The notes: generated by a model from the letters alone, not told the origin. A stretch of 32,000 nucleotides of DNA from Nanopusillaceae archaeon (GCA_049974095.1 JBMFJD010000004.1:1-32000), one strand, 5' to 3'. Counted from the first letter of the stretch, positions 8,238 through 15,222 are shown. Made by a program: numbers and translations.

Positions 8238-8738
8238 TTACGTTAAAGTTGCTTGGACAGATACCCCTCGATATGTAAATGTAAAGACATAATACGCTGT
8301 TCCTTCATTTAATTCTGTAATATTTATATTAGTACAGTTAAGTACCCATTGAGCTTGTGATCCATAAGTTATAGGATTTGTATTATAGGAAGTAACATTA
8401 CAGAACACAGTAGTTCCATCAAAAGTTTGATTTGCAGTATAATATTCCATACCTACTACAGACATTAAAGAAGGTACTATTGGAACATTTCCATTATTGT
8501 ATATAATTGCTGTTATATTACAACTAGTACTACTACTACAAGCACTGCTAGAACTATTAGTTGGATATACTTGTGGAACAGTAAATGAAACTATTTGGGT
8601 AGCTTGAGATGCTTGATTTGAACTAGCAGTTGTTAAAGAACTGAATAAACCCATTAACCATGCATACATTAATCCTGCAATTGCTACTGTCATTACTATC
8701 AATAATATTGTTGCAATAATAGGAGATATCCCTTTCAT
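8238..8738 (-). CDS. type IV pilin-like protein, tandem paralog A
   Basis: This 166-aa protein starts with MKGISPIIATILLIVMTVAIAGLMYAW, a class III signal-type N-terminus. It also carries YNNGNVPIV and the shared C-terminus YYVFTFTYRGVSVQATLT. Confidence 0.75.
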   Translation of the reverse strand: MKGISPIIATILLIVMTVAIAGLMYAWLMGLFSSLTTASSNQASQATQIVSFTVPQVYPTNSSSSACSSSTSCNITAIIYNNGNVPIVPSLMSVVGMEYYTANQTFDGTTVFCNVTSYNTNPITYGSQAQWVLNCTNINITELNEGTAYYVFTFTYRGVSVQATLT

Positions 8739-8778
8739 ACTTTATAGTATAGATTTATGTAATTTATAAGTTTTTATA
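8556..8778 (-). repeat. 223-nt near-identical duplicated block, copy A (codons 1-61 plus 40 nt upstream of paralog A)
   Basis: Manual alignment of 8556-8778 against 9147-9369 (constant offset 591) shows 2 mismatches, at 8564/9155 and 8642/9233. Confidence 0.85.
8762..8769 (-). promoter_or_regulatory. putative TATA box (TTATAAAT on the minus strand) of pilin paralog A
   Basis: The box is centred about 27 nt upstream of the ATG at 8738, which fits a leaderless or short-leader archaeal transcript. It lies within the duplicated block. No experimental support is available. Confidence 0.4.
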
Positions 8779-8795
8779 AAAATTATTTTTAAAAA

Positions 8796-9329
8796 TTATG
8801 TTAGAGTCGCTTGGACAGATACCCCATGATATGTAAATGTAAAGACATAATAATTATTTTTTGAAATAACAGAATTATAATATATGCTACTATCATTATA
8901 ATTATTAGTTGAAGAAGTACAATCTAATACCCAAGTTCCTTGTGAGCCCGAAAGTATTGTATATGTCGATGAAATCGGTATATTTAAACTAGATGTATTA
9001 GCTACGACACAATTATATGTTACTCCATCAAAAGTTTGATTTGCAGTATAATATTCCTGTGCTATTATTGTTAAAGAAGAAGAATTTACTATTGGAACAT
9101 TTCCATTGTTATAAACTGTAGCAACTATATAAGGAGTGCCACTTACATTAGTTGAATATACTTGTGGAACAGTAAATGAAACTATTTGGGTAGCTTGAGA
9201 TGCTTGATTTGAACTAGCAGTTGTTAAAGAACCGAATAAACCCATTAACCATGCATACATTAATCCTGCAATTGCTACTGTCATTACTATCAATAATATT
9301 GTTGCAATAATAGGAGATATCCCTTTCAT
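8796..9329 (-). CDS. type IV pilin-like protein, tandem paralog B
   Basis: This 177-aa protein matches paralog A over its first 61 aa except at 2 positions (S33G, P59S). It shares the C-terminus YYVFTFTYHGVSVQATLT. The central ~80 aa are divergent and include an 11-aa length difference. Confidence 0.75.
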   Translation of the reverse strand: MKGISPIIATILLIVMTVAIAGLMYAWLMGLFGSLTTASSNQASQATQIVSFTVPQVYSTNVSGTPYIVATVYNNGNVPIVNSSSLTIIAQEYYTANQTFDGVTYNCVVANTSSLNIPISSTYTILSGSQGTWVLDCTSSTNNYNDSSIYYNSVISKNNYYVFTFTYHGVSVQATLT

Positions 9330-9369
9330 ACTTTATAGTATAGATTTATGTAATTTATAAGTTTTTATA
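9147..9369 (-). repeat. 223-nt near-identical duplicated block, copy B (codons 1-61 plus 40 nt upstream of paralog B)
   Basis: This is the partner of 8556-8778. Identity stops abruptly at 8779/9370 (aaaatt versus tagatt). Confidence 0.85.
9353..9360 (-). promoter_or_regulatory. putative TATA box (TTATAAAT on the minus strand) of pilin paralog B
   Basis: The sequence and its spacing to the ATG at 9329 are identical to those of paralog A. Confidence 0.4.
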
Positions 9370-9464
9370 TAGATTAATCCATATTATTTTATAATTTTAG
9401 AACCATTGAAAATACTTTCAAAAACTGTATAATATTTTTATTCTCTTAATTAAACTTAGTATAA

Positions 9465-9539
9465 GGACCCGTAGCTCAGCATGGATAGAGCGGTGGCCTC
9501 CTAAGCCACAGGTCGGGGGTTCGAATCCCCCTGGGTCCG
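9465..9539 (+). tRNA. tRNA-Arg (anticodon CCU)
   Basis: A manual cloverleaf fold gives acceptor GGACCCG/UGGGUCC and D arm GCUC-AGCAUGGAU-AGAGC. The anticodon arm is GUGGC-CUCCUAA-GCCAC and the T arm is GGGGG-UUCGAAU-CCCCC. The discriminator is G and no CCA is encoded. The gene is much more GC-rich than its surroundings. Confidence 0.9.
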
Positions 9540-9844
9540 CTTAAAAAACAGAAAACAAATAAATTACAGATATTACAAATATCATTAGCGATAGAATTAT
9601 CTTATACAAAATATTATAATTTTTTATTTCAAATAACAAAATTATTAAAAATATTACTGTAAAAATATTAAGTTATCCTTTACTATTTTCTATATATGAA
9701 AATACTAAATTATATTTTTTAATAGTTTCTAAAGGTTCTTCGTATATAAAATCCTTTTCCTTTTCATATAGTATTTAAAAGATTAGAACTATAAATAAAA
9801 AGATAAAAGATATTATAACTTTGAAATTTCATTTAAATAATATC

Positions 9845-9991
9845 CTAAGAATATGCCAAAAATAGATATAAAGCCAATAATATTCCAAGATTTATATTGA
9901 GATAATTATTTATGTATTTTCTAATATTATTTAAAGCCACAGATTCAATTATATTAAATAAGAAATCTATTAAAAATAATATTAAATCCAT
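9845..9991 (-). CDS. possible small membrane protein (48 aa)
   Basis: This ORF is absent from the track. It reads MDLILFLIDFLFNIIESVALNNIRKYINNYLNINLGILLALYLFLAYS. Its ATG (9989-9991) overlaps the last codons of the upstream gene (ATGGATTTAA). Support comes only from ORF length in a stop-rich AT genome and from the coupled start; I see no homology. Confidence 0.2.
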   Translation of the reverse strand: MDLILFLIDFLFNIIESVALNNIRKYINNYLNINLGILLALYLFLAYS

Positions 9992-10446
9992 CTATTCTTT
10001 TTCAATTCTAACAAAAATTTTAATGATTTAACAGCATCTTCTGGAGAATCAAAAACAGGTGCGTAATTTTCTAAAGAAATTTTTATTTGCTCTGTAAATC
10101 CTCCACCATATATTACAAAAACAATTGGTATTTTTTTATTTATTACCTTACTTACTTTTTCTGGAAATTTTTCTGTAAAAAATGCTAATTGAGGTAGAAC
10201 TATTGAAATTATTCCTTCAGTCCTGTTATCATTAATTAATATTTTTAATCCCTCAATATATTGATCTTCACTTGCTTGAGCAGTAGTATCTATTGGATTA
10301 TGAAATGAAGAAAAAGATGGTAAAATTTGTTTTAATTTTTCCTTAATATCTTCAGGAGTTTCCTCTAGAATAATATTATTTATTTCTAAAGCATCTGTAG
10401 CCAAAACACCCTCTCCACCACCATTAGTATAAATATATACTACCAT
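9982..10446 (-). CDS. acetyl-CoA synthetase (ADP-forming) alpha subunit, C-terminal segment
   Basis: MVVYIYTNGGGEGVLATDALE... corresponds to the xVAIITNAGGPGVLAAD region and the C-terminal flavodoxin-like subdomain of ACD alpha. It is in the same reading frame as 10477-11352, separated by one TAA and 10 sense codons. Confidence 0.75.
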   Translation of the reverse strand: MVVYIYTNGGGEGVLATDALEINNIILEETPEDIKEKLKQILPSFSSFHNPIDTTAQASEDQYIEGLKILINDNRTEGIISIVLPQLAFFTEKFPEKVSKVINKKIPIVFVIYGGGFTEQIKISLENYAPVFDSPEDAVKSLKFLLELKKNRWI

Positions 10447-10476
10447 ATTTTCTTTATATTCAATAGGATTTAAAAA

Positions 10477-11352
10477 TTACAAATAATAAGATATTGTTTT
10501 GAGATATATCATAAAATCATTCATATTTTTTGCTTCTATTATTCCATATTGTTTAAATAAATTTCTATATACTTCATAATCTCCAGCTAATGATGCTGTA
10601 TGAGAAGAAACTGCAATAGATCCTCTTTTTGTTTTTCCAGATTTTAATACAATAACTGGCCTATTTAGTTCTTTTACTATTTCTAAAAACTCCTTTCCTC
10701 TCCCTTCTTTCAATCCTTCCATATATATAAATATTGCCTTCGTATTTTCATCATTTTTTAACTCTTTTAATATGTCTATTTCATCTAAATCTATTTTATT
10801 ACCATATGAGATTATCTTTGAAACACCTATATATTTACTTGATAACCATTCCATTACTGCTAATGATATTGCTCCAGATTGCGATAATATAGCAATTTTT
10901 CCTTTTTTTGGTCTTTTAATCCTTCTTTCATCAACAAAAAATGTATCTATACCTGTATATGGATCGTATAATCCCATTCCATTTGGTCCTAAAATTCTTA
11001 TTCCATATTTTTTAGAATATTCTAATATTTTCTCTTCTAAATCTTTTCTTCCAACTTCAGAAAATCCAGCAGATATTACTATTGCCAACTTTATTCCTTT
11101 TTTCCCTGATTGCTCTATAACTTCAGGAACTTTCTCTGCAGGAATTGCTACTATAACACAATCTATATCTTCTTGTATATCTAAAATTGATTTATAGCAT
11201 TTTAATCCATATAAATTATCATAATTTGGATTAATAGGAAATACCTTTCCTTTAAATCTTTTCATTATATTTTTTAATATTATATTTCCTGCTTTTCCTT
11301 CTTTATTACTTGCTCCAACAATTGCAACAGATTTTATATCAAATAGGCTCAT
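10477..11352 (-). CDS. acetyl-CoA synthetase (ADP-forming) alpha subunit, N-terminal segment (CoA-binding and ligase-CoA domains)
   Basis: Diagnostic segments are IKSVAIVGASNKEGKAGNIILKNI (CoA-binding Rossmann), RILGPNGMG, ILSQSGA, and the phosphohistidine loop SSHTASLAG. The ORF ends at a TAA at 10477-10479. Confidence 0.8.
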   Translation of the reverse strand: MSLFDIKSVAIVGASNKEGKAGNIILKNIMKRFKGKVFPINPNYDNLYGLKCYKSILDIQEDIDCVIVAIPAEKVPEVIEQSGKKGIKLAIVISAGFSEVGRKDLEEKILEYSKKYGIRILGPNGMGLYDPYTGIDTFFVDERRIKRPKKGKIAILSQSGAISLAVMEWLSSKYIGVSKIISYGNKIDLDEIDILKELKNDENTKAIFIYMEGLKEGRGKEFLEIVKELNRPVIVLKSGKTKRGSIAVSSHTASLAGDYEVYRNLFKQYGIIEAKNMNDFMIYLKTISYYL

Positions 11353-11678
11353 AATGCTTTAATATAACAGGGAATTCCTTTATATCTTCTTTCACATATT
11401 TCACATAATTCCTTTTGTAATTTATCTATTTTTATATTCTTCTCTTTATATAATTTTTCAGCAATCTTGTTTATTATATTTAATTCTTCTTCATCAAATT
11501 CAGGACTACTTTTTCCTCTTATCCCATTCAAATATTGAGAAACAGCAGCTTGTGTAATTAATAATTTTTCTGCAATATCTTGCTGAGATAACTTATATTT
11601 TTCATACAATATCATAGACAATTCTTTTCTTAAAGTAGGAAGAATATTTTTTACAAATTCTTCACATCTTATACCCAT
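11349..11678 (-). CDS. HTH (XRE-like) transcriptional regulator with C-terminal Cys motif
   Basis: The HTH segment is LSQQDIAEKLLITQAAVSQYLNG. The C-terminus carries CEICERRYKGIPC. The stop overlaps the ACD alpha start by 4 nt. Confidence 0.6.
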   Translation of the reverse strand: MGIRCEEFVKNILPTLRKELSMILYEKYKLSQQDIAEKLLITQAAVSQYLNGIRGKSSPEFDEEELNIINKIAEKLYKEKNIKIDKLQKELCEICERRYKGIPCYIKAL

Positions 11679-11708
11679 TATAACATAATTATATTCAAAC
11701 TTTAAAAA

Positions 11709-11780
11709 TGGGCCCGGGGGGACTCGAACCCCCGACCTCCGGATAGTGGGTCCGGCATCATACCACTAGACTACGGGCCC
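11709..11780 (-). tRNA. tRNA, canonical numbering gives anticodon CAC (Val) but with an atypical anticodon loop CCCACUA
   Basis: The reverse complement is GGGCCCGUAGUCUAGUGGUAUGAUGCCGGACCCACUAUCCGGAGGUCGGGGGUUCGAGUCCCCCCGGGCCCA. It folds with acceptor GGGCCCG/CGGGCCC, a D arm containing A14, G18, G19 and A21, and anticodon stem CCGGA/UCCGG. The T arm is GGGGG-UUCGAGU-CCCCC and the discriminator is A. The body resembles archaeal tRNA-Val. Positions 33 and 37 would be C and U. Confidence 0.7.
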
Positions 11781-11807
11781 TTAAATATTTATTCAAAATT
11801 AATATTT

Positions 11808-12560
11808 ATGATATTAGAAAAAATAGCTTCAAATTATGTAAAATACGTGACAGTAAAAAATTATGATAAAAATGCAAAATATATTGGACAAGATATTCTG
11901 GTTAAATATTTACTAAATAAGAAAAAAATATATTCTGATGAGGGAGAGATTATATATAAGGATTTTATTGAAGTAAAATATAATAAAGATGCAAAGGAAG
12001 AATTAGAAATTGATAGAGATAAAATATTGGATAATTTAGAAAATGAGAAAAAATTTTTGATAGATAATTCATTATTTAATGCTTTATCTAATAAGGGAAA
12101 ACAAAGTTTAAAAACACAGATATCTCAATCATTAAAATTTATTAGAGAATATCTATTTGATACAAATTTAATATTGATTAGGGACATCGATTATTCTTTT
12201 TTAGGTAAAAATCTCGTAAAGATATTTAAAAAACAAGAAGACTTTGATTTTTATAAATATAGAGCAGTAATTTTAGATCCTTATGGAGATGAAATATTAG
12301 AAGATAAAGATTTAGAAGAATATGATTTATTTATTTTTGGAGGAATTGTTGATATTGATGTAAAATGGTATTATGCAACACAATATTTATTTAGAAATAT
12401 AAATTTACCACATAAGAGAATTGAATATAAAGGAAGTATAAAAAATGTTCCAGATAGAATAAATATAATAATAAAAATTTTATTGGATTCTGTATATCTT
12501 AACATTCCTATAGAAAGATCTATAGAAATAAATTCTCCAAAAAAATTTAGACTAATTTAA
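11808..12560 (+). CDS. probable Trm10-like SPOUT tRNA (m1G9/m1A9) methyltransferase
   Basis: The C-terminal half AVILDPYGDEILEDKDLEEYDLFIFGGIVDIDVKWYY...NLPHKRIEYKGSIKNVPDRINIIIKILLD parallels the Trm10 pattern (xxYLTADSxxxL...YIVGGIVD...IPxxRLPI...VLTxxHVVxIL). This is a remembered-pattern match, not an alignment. Confidence 0.5.
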   Translation: MILEKIASNYVKYVTVKNYDKNAKYIGQDILVKYLLNKKKIYSDEGEIIYKDFIEVKYNKDAKEELEIDRDKILDNLENEKKFLIDNSLFNALSNKGKQSLKTQISQSLKFIREYLFDTNLILIRDIDYSFLGKNLVKIFKKQEDFDFYKYRAVILDPYGDEILEDKDLEEYDLFIFGGIVDIDVKWYYATQYLFRNINLPHKRIEYKGSIKNVPDRINIIIKILLDSVYLNIPIERSIEINSPKKFRLI

Positions 12561-13376
12561 TATTCTTTCTATATCCAATTCCTTATATATAGTATCTGGA
12601 TAATTTTCCATAAAGGATCGATAATTTTCTAATATTTTTTTAATTCCTCTTTCTCCAAATATTTTTAATATTTTTTCTTTGTCTTCTTTATCAAATTCTT
12701 TAGGTATTTTTTCCCATTTTTTTCTATCTACATAATTATTTAAGGAAATTAGATCATATATATCTTTTGGTTTAAATCTAAAGAATTTATATAATATTGT
12801 AAATAAAATAACATTATTTATATAATAAGTTTCGTCGAATCCAGATAATTTTAAATTTATACTTCCTTCTATAGATATAAACACATATACATTATCTTTC
12901 TTTAAATATGCATAATATCCAATTTGATTTGGAAAACATATTTTTTTATTATTTTTACTAAAGCATACTTTAAATATATCTTCTCTTAACTCAGAAAATC
13001 CTCTTTCTTTTGATTTTTTCTTTATTTCATCTACACAATATTTTTCTTTACATACTATATCTATGACATTACTTGTAATAGCTTTTTGTTTGTTTTCTTC
13101 ATTATATAAAGATATTAAAGCTAAACTCCCAACTATCTCAAATCCTATATTATCTTTCTTTTCTTCTATTTCATTTATATATTCTTCTAATGTTAAATAT
13201 GGTACCCTTTCTTTATTTATAGAAGATTCAAATTCCCCTTTCAATTTATGTGACCTTATTTCTTTATTTATTATATTATAACATCGTAATAGTTCTCCTT
13301 TCATATCTGGAGTTATAGAGAAATTTGAAAATGACTCTATTCCAGATAATAAATCTTCTAAACATTTTATAGACAT
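12552..13376 (-). CDS. hypothetical protein
   Basis: This is a 274-aa ORF. The segment IVGSLALISLYNEENKQKAITSNVIDIV faintly resembles the G-[GS]-x-A-L...S-x-D-x-D strand of nucleotidyltransferase-fold proteins, but only one Asp is present. Function is unassigned. Confidence 0.45.
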   Translation of the reverse strand: MSIKCLEDLLSGIESFSNFSITPDMKGELLRCYNIINKEIRSHKLKGEFESSINKERVPYLTLEEYINEIEEKKDNIGFEIVGSLALISLYNEENKQKAITSNVIDIVCKEKYCVDEIKKKSKERGFSELREDIFKVCFSKNNKKICFPNQIGYYAYLKKDNVYVFISIEGSINLKLSGFDETYYINNVILFTILYKFFRFKPKDIYDLISLNNYVDRKKWEKIPKEFDKEDKEKILKIFGERGIKKILENYRSFMENYPDTIYKELDIERILN

Positions 13377-13408
13377 TATTTTTCTTTTTTTATAAAAAAA
13401 TATAAAAC

Positions 13409-13481
13409 TAGCCCCGCGGGGATTCGAACCCCGGTCACGGGGACCAGAGCCCCGTATCCTAGACCACTAGACGACGGGGCT
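13409..13481 (-). tRNA. tRNA-Gln (anticodon CUG)
   Basis: The reverse complement is AGCCCCGUCGUCUAGUGGUCUAGGAUACGGGGCUCUGGUCCCCGUGACCGGGGUUCGAAUCCCCGCGGGGCUA. The anticodon arm is CGGGG-CUCUGGU-CCCCG and the T arm is CGGGG-UUCGAAU-CCCCG. The A1-U72 acceptor pair is typical of archaeal tRNA-Gln. Confidence 0.9.
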
Positions 13482-13550
13482 TTGATTTTTTAATGTATTT
13501 TCAATTTATGAAATTTTTTAAATATATAAAAATATATTCATCTTTAGAAG

Positions 13551-13961
13551 ATGAGTGAAGAGTATAAGAAGATTTCAATAAGGGATGTGAAGAGATTGCT
13601 TATGGTTATAAAATTTGATAAAGATCATAGTATAGTAGATTTAATTGATGAATTTGCTAAGGATATAGCTGAAATATTAAATAGTAAAATTTTATATAAA
13701 AAAATTTATTTTTTCCCAGGAGATTTTGAAGGAAATAAGGATATAACACTTGCTGGTATATTATCAACATCCCATATAATTATTAGTAGCTATACTGAAG
13801 AAGATGGGATTTATTTAGATATAGATGTTGCTTGGTGTAGTGGAAAGAATATAGGTAAAGAAGAAATAAAAAATCTTTTAGATAAATATTTAAAAAATTA
13901 TGAAATAAAATCTATAAGACTATTAAATTATTTAGGAAATGAAGAAAGCCTTCTCAGCTGA
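13551..13961 (+). CDS. S-adenosylmethionine decarboxylase-like (SpeH family, pyruvoyl-type) protein
   Basis: The 136-aa length fits the family. GILSTSHIIISSYTEEDGIYLDIDVAWCSG parallels the SpeH core vvisESHltIHTWPEygyaaiDlFTCG, with Ser, His and Cys conserved. The residue before the processing Ser is Thr rather than Glu. Confidence 0.45.
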   Translation: MSEEYKKISIRDVKRLLMVIKFDKDHSIVDLIDEFAKDIAEILNSKILYKKIYFFPGDFEGNKDITLAGILSTSHIIISSYTEEDGIYLDIDVAWCSGKNIGKEEIKNLLDKYLKNYEIKSIRLLNYLGNEESLLS

Positions 13962-14026
13962 TTAGTGAAGAAAGCTGAGTTCGCAGATAAATATACTTAT
14001 AAGCATGTTATAATATTATATTTTTA

Positions 14027-15067
14027 ATGAGCAACGAAATTATTATTGAAAAAGAAAATTGGGTAATTCATGATGAAAAGACAAAAGAACAGTTAGAAAA
14101 AGCTGGATATGGAATATATAATCATTCTGCTGTTGAGATATGCCACTGGACAAAAGAATCAATTATAAATGGAAGAACATGTTATAAAAATAAATTTTAT
14201 GGAATTGATACTGCTGGATGTATGGAAATGACTCAATCTGTAGTATGGTGTACTAATAGATGCATATTTTGTTGGAGACCAAATACAAAATTTGAACCAT
14301 ATCATAATATTTTACCAGAAAATAAAGTAGATCCTCCTGAAGAGACTATGGAAAAATTAAGAGAATTAAGAAAGAAATTATTAATCGGATATTATGGAAA
14401 TCCAAAGGCAAATAAAGAATTATTAAATAAATTCATTGATAAACCAACCCATGTTACATTTTCTTTATCTGGAGAACCATTATTATATCCATATGTTGCA
14501 GAAAGTATATTATACATTAAGAAAAATTGGCCTTGGCTAAGATCTATATTTATAGTAACATCTGGACAGGTTCCTGAAGCATTAGAAAGATTAATAGAAA
14601 AAAATGCTTTACCTACACAACTATATATATCATTTACAGCTCCAAATAAAGAATTATATAAAAAAATATCTGCACCAATATATAAAGATTATTGGGAAAA
14701 ATTCTTAAGATCATTAGAAATTGCATCAAAGATGAAAACAAGAAGAGTTGCAAGAATAACATTAATTAAAGGAATAAATGATGATCCAAGATACTTTGAT
14801 GAATGGGCAAAATTAATAGAAATATATAATCCACATTTTGTTGAAGTAAAATCATATTCTTATCTAGGATACTCTAGATTAAGATTAAAATATGAAAATG
14901 TACCAAGTATGGAAGATATAAGGAATTTCGCTAAAGGATTAGTTCAAAAATTACCTGGATATGAAATATTTAATGAAGATATTGATTCAAGAATAGTATT
15001 AATTAAAAATAGAAGACCAGGAATGGATATTGATCCTATAATTAAAAATGTAGAACCAAATGTTTAG
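14027..15067 (+). CDS. taw1: tRNA 4-demethylwyosine synthase (Taw1/TYW1, radical SAM)
   Basis: CYKNKFYGIDTAGCMEMTQSVVWCTNRCIFCWRP matches the TYW1 signature, which comprises an auxiliary cluster Cys plus CxxxCxxC. The 346-aa length is typical of archaeal Taw1. Confidence 0.85.
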   Translation: MSNEIIIEKENWVIHDEKTKEQLEKAGYGIYNHSAVEICHWTKESIINGRTCYKNKFYGIDTAGCMEMTQSVVWCTNRCIFCWRPNTKFEPYHNILPENKVDPPEETMEKLRELRKKLLIGYYGNPKANKELLNKFIDKPTHVTFSLSGEPLLYPYVAESILYIKKNWPWLRSIFIVTSGQVPEALERLIEKNALPTQLYISFTAPNKELYKKISAPIYKDYWEKFLRSLEIASKMKTRRVARITLIKGINDDPRYFDEWAKLIEIYNPHFVEVKSYSYLGYSRLRLKYENVPSMEDIRNFAKGLVQKLPGYEIFNEDIDSRIVLIKNRRPGMDIDPIIKNVEPNV

Positions 15068-15192
15068 ATTTTTAACCTTAATGGATAAACTATTCTTCCA
15101 AATTTTCTCATAGCTGCCCAAAAAGGTGGTATTCTTCTTTTTCTACTTTCAACAATTTTCCTTATCTTATAATTATAATTTTTGAAGACCAT
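15064..15192 (-). CDS. rpl39e: probable ribosomal protein L39e (short form, 42 aa)
   Basis: This ORF is absent from the track. It reads MVFKNYNYKIRKIVESRKRRIPPFWAAMRKFGRIVYPLRLKI. The core KIRK...RKRRIPPFW..MRKFGRIVY parallels L39e (KxRLAKxxKQNRRVPxWVxxKTxxRVxxxP). Its C-terminus is shorter than typical L39e. It overlaps the taw1 stop by 4 nt convergently. Confidence 0.45.
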   Translation of the reverse strand: MVFKNYNYKIRKIVESRKRRIPPFWAAMRKFGRIVYPLRLKI

Positions 15193-15222
15193 TGTTATAA
15201 ATTTTGTAGAAAAACTTTAAAA

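Noticed and set aside
10772-11197. A + strand 141-aa ORF lies inside ACD alpha.
   Set aside because: It is antisense to a gene with unambiguous CoA-ligase motifs, and I recognise no family for it.
13063-13281. A + strand 72-aa ORF lies inside the 274-aa hypothetical gene.
   Set aside because: It is shorter than the opposite-strand ORF, nested within it, and low-complexity. I kept the longer ORF.
13941-13979. A 7-bp inverted repeat ctcagct...agctgag (13953-13959 and 13973-13979) overlaps the SpeH-like stop codon. A 9-nt direct repeat gaagaaagc occurs at 13941 and 13967. I considered a terminator or small RNA.
   Set aside because: No oligo-T tract follows, and archaeal terminators are usually T-rich. 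The stem is short with a 13-nt loop, and the direct repeat looks like a small local duplication. It is noted but not called.
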